61,038 nucleotides of DNA from Catajapyx aquilonaris (taxonomy: Eukaryota), in contig JYFJ02000553.1 of NCBI GenBank assembly GCA_000934665.2, positions 62,001-123,038 of the forward strand, read 5' to 3'. The notes beneath the pieces are model-generated. The model saw nothing but the letters and a program-made list of their open reading frames with translations, was not told the DNA's origin and searched no databases. This document shows, piece by piece, positions 1 to 9,605 of the stretch. Position 1 is the first letter of the stretch. Each line of letters opens with the position of its first letter. The position numbers were made by a program, and so were the translations under genes.

Positions 1-440
1 ATAGAGCTCTAACAAGCGTGGCCTCCAGTGCAGCTTTCCACAGCCTGGGCCCCACCTCTATAGCCGATAACCCCTAGCGAGATGGCAAGGAATGGCACTT
101 TGGAAACCCCGAGGACAGGACAACGTTGTTGCTAGGGCGGCTCTCAACTCTCGTGATTCACTGCCCCAAGTTGGAAACTGCCAATTTTTCCTCCCGTTTT
201 CAACCTGCCCTCCTTTTTTTTTTTTGTTGGTAGAATCGACTCAACATTGTCCAGGTGGCCCCTAGGCCTGCTAACAACTCTGCACGGTTGGCAATAAGTT
301 TCGCCAAGTGTTTTTTTGAAGATGGCTGTGAGACAACTGAAATTAATTTTGGTCTGTTTCTGCCGCAAAACCCCCCCGAAAATTTCCATTCAGCTCGTGT
401 CCAATGAAACGGTCTTGCGGTCGTGGCGAGGCGTACTTAC

Positions 441-531
441 CAGCTCGGAAACGAGAGGAATCGACTTGCGCCGGGGTCGTATGTCCGGCATGCTGTCGAT
501 GTTGCTGTAGAACGGGTTGTCTCCTGGGTGG
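441..531 (-). CDS. unc-13: unc-13/Munc13 internal coding exon (91 nt), just upstream of the C1 domain region
   Basis: Minus strand reads ctctcattgcag|c CAC CCA GGA GAC AAC CCG TTC TAC...GAG CTG|gtaagt, giving HPGDNPFYSNIDSMPDIRPRRKSIPLVSEL. This matches the conserved Unc-13 IDSMPD..R.K.IPLVS.L motif. Canonical AG/GT; phase 2 in, phase 0 out. Not listed in the ORF track. Confidence 0.95.
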
Positions 532-746
532 CTGCAATGAGAGCAACGGAATTCCGGCCATTGTCATCTGCCTATCGCAGAAACGGCTCGTAAAACCCAT
601 GTGGAGCCGGCAAACAAACAGTAAAAGGGAGACCCAAATAGCCTCAAGGTATTTTTGTGGCTGGACTGGTATTCAATAAAATTGGCAAATTCTTTAAAAA
701 TCGCCAAATTTCATATAATATTATGTTAAAGTTAGCGAATTTTTTT

Positions 747-848
747 AGAGGAGACGCTCTGTGAATATTATACAGGGTGACTCTAAAGTCTGGACACATG
801 GTTGGTCGACAATTGGTCACCCTGTAGTATTCACAGAGAGTCTCCTCT
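747..848. repeat. Inverted repeat (~33-35 bp arms); inner part resembles a tiny Tc1/mariner-type MITE
   Basis: Left arm agaggagacgctctgtgaatattatacagggtgac (747-781) pairs with gtcaccctgtagtattcacagagagtctcctct (816-848). The core is ta-CAGGGTGAC...GTCACCCTG-ta. Confidence 0.75.
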
Positions 849-1235
849 TTTAGTACTACTTTTTAGTAACTACTTTTAAATACTGCGCTTATGAATAATT
901 TAAATAAATGGCCTAAGTTGAGTTCTTGAAGGCAAAATTTTTCTTTCCTTAAAAAGTACAGTTTGCAAAAAGGTATCAGCCCCGAAAGTGCCTGAATCAT
1001 TACCGACTATGTCATCAATTTCACTCAAATTTGCATGCAACTTCCCCAGGCAAAATTGGAAACCTACAGCAAATCCCCCCCCCCCCCTCTTCTCTCACGC
1101 TTTTGGTGAGGGTGGGTGGGCCTTCGACAAAAAAAAAAAAGAGAAAAGCGGAGAGGCAGCACAGGCATTATAAATAATTCATGGATCCGCAAAATCCGTG
1201 CAAGATTTCCCCAGAGTTGGTTGCAACATACGTAC

Positions 1236-1276
1236 CTCGTGCGACTGCCGCTGTCTCCGGCTCCACTGCCGCCATT
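1236..1276 (-). CDS. unc-13: unc-13 short coding exon (41 nt)
   Basis: ctcttgttgcag|AAT GGC GGC AGT GGA GCC GGA GAC AGC GGC AGT CGC ACG AG|gtacgt gives NGGSGAGDSGSRT(S). Phase 0 in and phase 2 out exactly bridges the giant exon (phase 0) and the 441-531 exon (phase 2). It resembles the remembered NGG...HPGDNPFY linker of insect Unc-13. Confidence 0.9.
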
Positions 1277-1715
1277 CTGCAACAAGAGCGGAATGGTAAA
1301 TATGAGCACGGTTGACACGCTGACAAATTACCCCTTTCTTTTTTGCAGGTTACAAATTAGAGTCGGCTCAAGTCCCCCAACTCAACCCTTAAACCGATAT
1401 CTGCCAGAGGTGCTGGGTGTTTTATACCAAACTCCACGGAGAAAACTGGCTGGAATATTCCAGCGGAAATATGCTGGAGACTCAAGAGACAGACACGAAA
1501 AGCTGCCTCTCGGCAAAAGGTGAAAGACCACAAGTCGTGGTCAACGGTGCGTGCCTAGAAATAGCTCGAGCGAGATTAGTTTTGGCGGACTGAATTGCGA
1601 GGAATGGCGCGCTGGGCCAGGAAAACAAGGACGACCGTGGCTTTTAATCAAGGAAATGCAAGACAGCTCAAAGGAAGAGGAGGAGGAGGAGGAGATATAT
1701 ACACGGTGCACTTAC

Positions 1716-1724
1716 AGCTCTCTG
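1716..1724 (-). other. Candidate frame-preserving microexon (9 nt QRA, or 6 nt RA)
   Basis: Minus strand ccttcctgcag|ccag|cag|agagct|GTAAGTg shows stacked AG acceptors 13/9/6 nt before a consensus donor, inside the phase-0 intron. Confidence 0.35.
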
Positions 1725-1980
1725 CTGGCTGCAGGAAGGTGCGGGATGGTTCAAGTTCCAGGTAATGAAATTTTTTTGTGTGTGTGTCTGAAGGAAATAT
1801 GCACCAGTATAGGTCTCGGGTAATTCAGTGTTGGAGACCCTCTCCGCGCTTCTAGCGTTTATTATGACTTGATGACGCCAGTGCATGGAGATGAAAGGCA
1901 GCACGTACTGTACACTGTTAGGACCAAGTGGCCAAAATGGCTCACTCTGCACTTGAAAACAGCGCATGCTTCTGTTGAGC

Positions 1981-2322
1981 AGAAAATCGACACTGCAAGA
2001 AAATTAGTAAAATAATGCAGGCAGAGTCTAAACTTTATCTGATCCATTTTATCGATAATGAATATGCATAAAATGGTTCTTCGAACTAAATGATGGCAGG
2101 TAAAAGATAGAATTACAGCCAGGGATTAGCCACTTCACTTGTGATAGAAAAATCGACATTACAAAAAAAAAATGCCACATAATGTAAAAGTCACAATGCA
2201 GACAGAGTCAAACTTTATCTCAACAATTTCATTCGATAATGAATAGGTAGAAAGTGGTTCTTAGAACTGAATAATGGCAAGTAACAGATAAGATTATAGC
2301 CAGGGATTAGCACACTCCACTT
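1981..2322. repeat. Diverged tandem duplication, two units of ~165-177 bp
   Basis: Units 1981-2145 and 2146-2322 share aaaatcgaca...cagagtc..aactttatct...cgataatgaata...tggttctt.gaact...atggca...agccagggattagc in the same order. Confidence 0.85.
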
Positions 2323-2517
2323 TCAGTCAAGTGCATGCCTGATTACGATTACCTCGCGGATTTAATACGCGTGATTACTTGCCATTACGGTGTATCAGTG
2401 CCTGCAAGTAATTGCACCTCTTTCATTAAAAACTCAATCCTTTTACGTCCGATAAATTTTTACTGTCATTTTTTTGAGTGTGAAGTAAAACGCACAACAC
2501 ACATCTGGTGTTTAACA

Positions 2518-2912
2518 GCAATTGAATCGAGCAAAAGAAGAACAGCACAAGTTCATTTTTTGCAAAAATGAGATTATCATGGGATGTGGTAGTCCTTGTC
2601 CATGTGCATCGTTTGATGGAAAAGAAACACATGCCACTTGCATGAGTAAGGCAGGAGAACGGGACAAAGTTTGTATGTGTGCTGGAAGAACAGCATATAT
2701 CCCCGGATTTGTGCGGTTTTTCCGTCTCATTTGAGTTAATTAATGTATTGAGTACCAAATTACATTTCTGGAAGCGTATGCCTGTCTTCTAATATAGCCG
2801 AAAGTATGAACTGTCAGTCGTGAACGGTAAGCTCTGTAATCAGTTTTTTGTCTCTCCTGAAAAAGTTGCATTTTGTGACATGTGCTGTTCTTCTTTTGCT
2901 CGATTCAATTGC
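2518..2912. mobile_element. MITE-like element, ~395 bp with 32-bp perfect terminal inverted repeats
   Basis: gcaattgaatcgagcaaaagaagaacagcaca (2518-2549) is the exact reverse complement of tgtgctgttcttcttttgctcgattcaattgc (2881-2912). No coding capacity and no clear target-site duplication. Confidence 0.7.
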
Positions 2913-3194
2913 CCAATTGTTGTGATGGAAATTTTGACGAATGCTAGCACAAACTGCTCGAGCATTTTTAAAACATTGGGACCAAATCGTGGGGGTTTAG
3001 TCATCTTTAAAAAATAGTAAAGGCGTACTATTCATTCCGTCCAAGTTATAGATTTGACTAGATCCAAAGCCAGGCTTTTGCCACTACGGACCTGCCTTAC
3101 TCTAGGTCACCTTAAACCCTTTGTGGACAGGAGCGAATAACTAAGGTCGTCGGAATGAAAGCGCCCACCACGTCTCTCCTTATACCTTTGCCCG

Positions 3195-3212
3195 CTCTCT
3201 CTCTCTCTCTCT
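3195..3212. repeat. (CT)9 microsatellite
   Basis: Directly visible. Confidence 0.9.
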
Positions 3213-3791
3213 ATTTCGAAAGGTAATCTTATGAATTATGGAAAACGAGGAGAGCTTCGCCTCACCAATTTCTCACTCCTACTGCAAAGTCTGCCAGGCC
3301 TCAATAATTTCTAACGCGAGAGAAGCCCAGACCACTCACTGTTTTACGTATTCACAAAGTTCTCAAAAATTCTGGAGCTCCTTATCACCGCCATGCCACA
3401 CCCGGGCAGGTTCTGAGGCTCTAACCGGGCTTTGCAGCTGTGATAACTGATAAGCATGTTGCTCTTTCGAGCTCCGTGTTAGCATTAGCTTAAGGAAACG
3501 TGCTTTCTCATGGTGTGCAAGTGACGTAGTCACGTCCTCTCTTCCGGGATAATTACACCGTCTTATAAGCATTACACTCGGAGTGAGCACGGATATTGTG
3601 ATTTTTAACTTTAAAAAGGATCGCAGCTACTGATCTTCATAAATAGCGGGATCAGTAGCCGTTATTTAACGACCTGTTACATGACAGTACCAGGCTTTAA
3701 ACTTACTTTTAGAGCACCTCGGAGACAATCGGAGCAGCATTTTTTTAAAATAGCAAAATCGCTGATTATACTTTATTTTTGGCACACTTAC

Positions 3792-6700
3792 GCTTTCGAC
3801 CTGTTGTTTCTGTGCGCTTTCTTCCGCCTTGCGTTCTTTCAGGGCTTTCAGCAACTTCCATTTGCTGCCAGGTGGAAAGTCCTTCATGTCTTGAGATGTC
3901 TGACTGAGTGTGTCCAACTTGGCGCTCTCGTCGTCTCCTATTCTGCTGTCTGCCGTGGCCTGCGATTCTCTTCGTCCGATGGACTCCGTTTCGGTCGGAT
4001 GCCGCTCGATTGTGACCTGGGAGTCATCATCTTTTTCGGATGCTAAAAAAACGGCACTTGCACTTCCACTCATGCTTTCTTCTGGACCTGGAAACTGCGG
4101 TGTCTCCAATTCCTCCACAGGTTCAGGCTCTTTGGTTGTTTCTTCACCCGCGTCTTCAACAGTGTCTTCTTCATACGGGCTTTGTCTGGGGCTGTCTGGA
4201 CCGCTGGTTTCTCCGGAAGAATGTTCCTCCGGTTCTGGCTCACCTTCGAACCCCAGCAGTGACGAGGAGCTTGGTATGCTGGTGCTCGGTTTTTCCTCCA
4301 CGTTTGTTCGTGAACTCTCCCGCGACCTTTGCTCTGACCAGCATCCGCTCGAATGAAAAGCGGATTCGGAGCTTTTGACGCTTCCGTCGTCGAAACCATG
4401 GTGTTCCCGCATTCTTTCAGCTCCAGAAGCCAAAGGTGGACCGCTACTTTCGGTGCTGGACATGTAGCTTCCAGTCAGCGAGTCATCCGGATGTTCATGA
4501 AAAGAGCTGCGGAATGAATCGTGGCGACTGTCACTGAAAAATGCTGATTCGGCGGACATGACGCTGGCGGCCATGTCGTCGTCTCCTTCAGCAGCCTCGC
4601 GACTTCCAGGTCTTTTAGGCAAAGGTGGCGGCTCTCGAGGTGGCACTGGAGGCTCTCTAGGTGGCACTGGAGGCTCTCTAGGTGGCACTGGGGGCTCTCT
4701 AGGTGGCACTGGCGGAAGCTGCATCGGCGGTTGTACCGGCGGTGGCTGTACCGGCTCCGGTGGTGCCATTTCAGCCGCTTTTGCCTTCGCTTTCGCCGCA
4801 GCTTCTCTTTCCGCCAGCTTCTCCCTGTACTTAGCTTTAAGCTGCAGCTCTTGAAGCACCAGACACATCCTGCTCTTGGTCTCTTCGTCCGGTTCTGGTG
4901 GCGGTTCCTCCTCAGGAGGCATGTACGGCTCCGGCTGGAACACGGCCGGAAACCGCTCCAGCTCCTCCAGCTTGCGCATCTCGTAGCGATACCACTCGTC
5001 GTCGCTGTCGATGCTCTCCTCTGTGCTTTGTCTCCGGGACGTCCCGAAAGAGGAGCTTGTGCGGAAAGAAGCTGTGCTTCGGTTGTCATCATCTTCAGAC
5101 ATCGCTCGTACGGGAACTTCCAATCTGTTCCGCGATGTTTTCCCACCCTCCACGCCATCTTGTTCCCCCGAGCTCCCAAGGTCGGAGTCTCGAAATGTAC
5201 GAGCGGTATTGTTGAATGATCTGGATGTTGGTGACACTGGTATGATGCCGGCCCCCGCGATGTCTGGCAGCGGAGGACCTTCCTGCTGGTCTTTGGTGGC
5301 CTCCCCGTCCGGAGGCTCCTCCAGTACGCTGGTGGAAGGCGCGCTGCCTGAAGGAGTTGTCGCCGGGGTGCTGTAGCCCTCCTCCAATCCGGTCTGTTCT
5401 TCAGAAAGGGTGGAGGAGTGGCGTTGTCTGTACTTGCCCAGAGCCCTTGACACTGCAAACTCTCCTAAAGAGCTGCCCAGGGTCACTGGTGGCAATTGGA
5501 TAGCGCCACTTCCGCCTTCAGGACCAGGGCGGTCCTCAGACGAAGCGCGTCTTGCATCACCAACTGTTGCAAATAACGCTTCAGAGTCGTCATCCGGAGC
5601 TTGAGCATCAGACATTGGCTCCAGTTCAGACTCACTTTCGTTGCATTCTGACGATGACATCCGCTTGAGCGCTGCTGGTCTGACCCGAGCAAACATGCTT
5701 TCAGGGGCAGCGGATTCGGCCGAAATGTAGCTGTCTTCACTCTCGCTTTCGGAGTGGACAAGATGACGTCCTGACGGGCCGCCCCAGTCAGACTCGGACT
5801 GCTCTGAGTCTGACAGAGATTGGCTGCCCTTCCGTCTCGACTTTAGTATCATGGACATGCTGGACAGGAGCGGATTCTTCCGCTTCTTTCGCGGAAGAGA
5901 ATGGGCGTGGTTCCTATCTCTCAGTCTGGCGGGTATGTCTTCTCTCCTGACACCCAGGGGCAGAGATTGGGATCGGTGTCTGCGACTCGTCAGATTCAGG
6001 TCCGGAAGCCAGCTGCTGACTGACGTCATGGCCGATTTGAGGCTGGACGTCCTCTTTGGCTTCTTCTTGCTGCCGTCATCCTGCTGGTGGGACGGTTTCA
6101 TGTCGGTGGCGATGGAGATGTAGCCCGATTGGGACACTATTATGTTGCTGGAGTCGTAGTATTTGTACGCCGATGGTGGAACTTCGTGTTGGGATGGTCG
6201 ACGTGACTCGGCCCCTTGTTGTTGTTGCTGTTGTTGTTGTTGCTGCTGCTGCTGGGGAGCGTTCTTCTTCTTCAGCTCCAGGTCCAAAGTTGGTCTCTCC
6301 GAACGCTGGTTGTACATATAGGCACGCATGTAGGCTTCTTCTTGATATGTCGAGTGCTGCGTAGTGGAAGGGGGGTAATTTGCTGACTGAGAATATGCGC
6401 CCGCTGGATAATTTATGCCCTGAGAGTATTGAATGTATGCGCCTTGCTGTTGTTGTTGTTGCTGCTGTTGCTGCTGTTGCTGCTGCTGTTGTTGTTGCTG
6501 CTGTTGCTGTTGCAATATCTGCTGCTGCTGTTGCAGCATTTGATGTTGCTGTTGCTGGTACAGATGCTGTTGCAGTTGTTGATTGTGATGATGCTGCAAT
6601 TGATGGTGGAGCTGGTGCTGGTGTTGAAGCTGGTGCTGGATCTGGTGCTGATAAGACGTTTGCGAATAGAGCGCCGGATATGACCTCTTCTGCTCAAAGT

Positions 6701-9605
6701 AAGCCCCAGCAATCTGATGCTGCGCGGGAAGCTCGCTGGCCGAGACAGTGGTCAGAATATTTTCCATAGACTTCATCGACCCCGTCATGCTTCCGTGCCT
6801 ATGCTGCGCGCCTTCTACCGGACTCGGCGAACGTCCGCGTCTTTCGTCCCTTCCTTCCGTCAAGTACGAATCGTAACATGCCGTGTTGGTCGGGTAATAA
6901 GACAATGCGTCTGTCAGATGCCCAGTCGGATACGGATCTTTGATTCTGGTCTTGTCCGACTGCTTTCCAGTGGACATTAGCGACGAGGAGGTGGCTATGA
7001 GCCTCTGGGCGTCGTCTAAAAAGCAAGACGTCTGAGGAATGTTGTTCAGGTCCATCTTTGTGGTCGATAGGGACGCGTGCAAGGGACGAGGACCTTCGCT
7101 GCTGACAACGGCGTAAGCGGTGATTAGACCGGTGTTGGCACTGGTATACACAGCCGTGGAAGCAGGTCTCTGAGTTCCTGCCAGCGAATAAATCACCGAG
7201 CTTTCTGCGGCAGCGGCTGCATCGGCGCTGCTGCTGTGGTGTCGACGCCGGACAGTTGCTGTGCTTCCGATGCCGTCCAAAGGTGCGTTGGACAAACTGG
7301 ACACGTCCGACAAGCTGGATATGCTGGTCAGATCACTCTGACTGGTCTTGACAGGCATGTCGTCAAACGGGGACACTCTCATGGTGGATTCGGATAGTGA
7401 TGCAAGGGGTGTGGGAGACAGAGAACTGATAATGGACGATGCATTTGTGGTGCTCAGGTAAGGGCTGCTGTACTGGTTTGAGAGGGATAAGAACTGGCTG
7501 GTGCTGTCCGTTTCGGACAAGGTGCTGTCGGTGGTGGTGGTTGGGATGCTGCTGAGGTACATGGAATAGGGACTCGTTGTCTTGGCAATCATATCGTCAA
7601 GCGTGCTGGAGAAAGCTGCGTAGCTGACGGACGTCGAAGTGTCGTCCAAGTATCCGGAAAAGGCTCCGGAGGATGCGAGGCCAGAAAAGGTCGGGCTCTT
7701 GGACCTTCTAAGCAAAGTGGAGGATGAGGTGTCGGTCAGGGAGGCGTACGGGGAGGTTAAAGGCAGGCAGGTGCGAGGCAGCGCGGAGGCGGCGAGGTCA
7801 GCGGCCAACTTGGCACTTTTGCTGGGACTACTGGGCGACTTTTCCACGCTGGACCAGCCGCTCAAGGAAGACACACCAGAGTCCGACTTGGCGCCGTACC
7901 GTACCGGCGACCCGGACTTGAGGCGATTGGGCGACCTGGGCGACTTGGGCGAGGCTCTACTGGGCGACTTGGGAGGTGTTGTCCTGGGTGACCTCAACGG
8001 ACTGGTGCTGCTGACCTCCCCGACGCTTTGAAGGAAAAGGGCGGTGTCCACCTCCAGGGCGGACGTTGGAGTTATCGTCGGGGTGCGAGGTCGGGAGGTC
8101 AGCAACGAGCTGCTTAAGCTAGGCTGCAGCAGACCTGAAGCCTCCAAAGCGCTGCAAAAATGAGGGCTGGCAGTACGAGGGCTTCCGATGTACCCGTCCT
8201 GTCTGGTGCGTACCGACCCAATGGATGCGGACACACCCGGAACCTTCTCACTGGACGCCGAGTACACCGTTGGAGAAGCACAGCTGACCGATTTGTACGA
8301 CGCCGCTTTTAGCTCGAAAGACTGTGCCGAAGCCAGGCCGGACAATGGCGATCTGTCCATCATCGCCTTTTCCAGCAGGTCGGTGCTGCCGGCCAGGGCA
8401 TGAAGGCCTGGTATGGTCAGCGGCGACGTGTTGAGTCGCTGCTCGATGTCGCTGAGCAGCGACCGGGTGGGCGACGCGGATGGTTTGTATCCAAGAGCAG
8501 CCGCGACCTCGTTGTCCGTCGTGGTGCTGTCCGACGACAGCTGCGAACTGGACCTGCTCTTGAATCCGGCCGTCAGTTCGTTCAGCTTGCTCATAAAATC
8601 CCAGCCTTCTTGGTCACTCTCGGCGTATATTTGCCTCAGCTGCTCGTCGATGACACTGTCTGAGCTCTTGGCCCCCGCTTCGCCCCTCAGCTTCTGCGGA
8701 GAACCAAGCAGCTTGTTCTGCAGCTCCTTTAAACTCTTCGAGTCCCTCTGGAGCTTTGAACTGAGCCTGTCTATCTCCTGAAGCTTCTGCAAGGCCAGCT
8801 TGTCCAGCACGCTGAACTTGGTGAGCTCGGCCAAGTCCTGCTCGCTGACGCAAGGGGAGTTGCCTCTATAGTCCTTGTAGTCCAACGCACTGAACACTTC
8901 CTGGCTGTCGTTCTCTTCGCTCTTCATTTTATCTTCCTCTACCGCCGGCTTGATCGCCTCTGCCTTGCTTTCCTCCGCGTTTTCATCCGCCTCCCAGATC
9001 ATCCCCAGTTCCGGATCCGTGCTTCCGGACGCCTGGCTCAGATTGTCTCGATGGGCATTGTTGAGGCTGCGATAGAAAGCCTCGTCCAGCTCGCGGTTGG
9101 AAGCTGCGGCGGCTGCAGCGGCGGCGGCGGCGGCAGCGACGGCGCTGTCTACAACATCCGGCTCTGCAGGGGCCGGCTCCGGAGGAATAACTTCCGTCAG
9201 ATCCGGCTCCTTGATTTCTTCTTCTTCTTCCTCCTGCGGGGAAGTGACAGTGACGGCCGTTGTGGTCGTCGCCGACACTTCATCCGGAGGAACGTCCGCC
9301 GCGTCGGTGACGGCCAGCCCTGCCGGAGGTGGTCCCGTGGCGCCCTCGCCCGTGGAGTAGTACTCCAGAAGCTGAGATATGACGTTTTGCTGCTCGTACA
9401 GCAGCACTTCCAGCTTCTCCAGCCTCTCCCACATTTTGATGTACTCTTGGGAAAGGAGATCCAGGGCTCTCCAGGCGTACCGCAACTCGGTTTCCAGGAT
9501 GTTGAGCCGAGTGCCCAGGCGCTCCATGTAATCGCCCAGGAGATAGTCGATGCTTTGGATATAACTCTGCTGCGCCGATGAGGCGCAGCTCTTGAGGGAA
9601 TCCAT
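3792..9605 (-). CDS. unc-13: unc-13 giant isoform-specific N-terminal coding exon (Unc13B-like), ~1938 aa
   Basis: Part of the 2012-aa ORF. ATG at 9605 is in good context (ccaacgATGg) with an in-frame TAG upstream at 9752-9750. Consensus donor GAA AGC|gtaagt at 3792 (phase 0). Islands recalled from insect Unc-13 long isoforms include RLNILETELRYAWRALDLLSQEY, RRQSTEESIDSDDEWYRYEMRKLEE and SKWKLLKALKERK. It splices in frame to the downstream unc-13 exons. The 5' exon boundary is unresolved. Confidence 0.88.
4632..4715 (-). repeat. Coding 21-bp tandem repeat, 4x PPVPPRE
   Basis: Four near-identical ctctct/cg-aggtggcactgg units on the plus strand; protein LPPVPPREPPVPPREPPVPPREPPVPPREPPPLPKRP. 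Confidence 0.9.
6216..6651 (-). repeat. Coding CAG/CAA polyglutamine tracts (Q13 at 6216-6254, ~Q23 at 6444-6512) and a Q/H-rich region
   Basis: ttg/ctg runs on the plus strand, translated in the unc-13 frame. Confidence 0.9.

Noticed and set aside
1321..1523. Strong plus-strand acceptor (cccctttcttttttgcag|g at ~1348) within a 135-aa ORF
   Set aside because: No recognisable product or partner exons, so it could be chance. An antisense exon cannot be supported without RNA data.
3626..3659. 10-bp hairpin gctactgatc...gatcagtagc
   Set aside because: Too short to assign; this is a eukaryotic intron, so it is not a bacterial terminator.
3666..3791. C-terminal tail of the 2012-aa ORF (VSVPKIKYNQRF...)
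   Set aside because: It is read-through past a consensus GTAAGT donor into AT-rich intron; the spliced product continues into conserved unc-13 exons.
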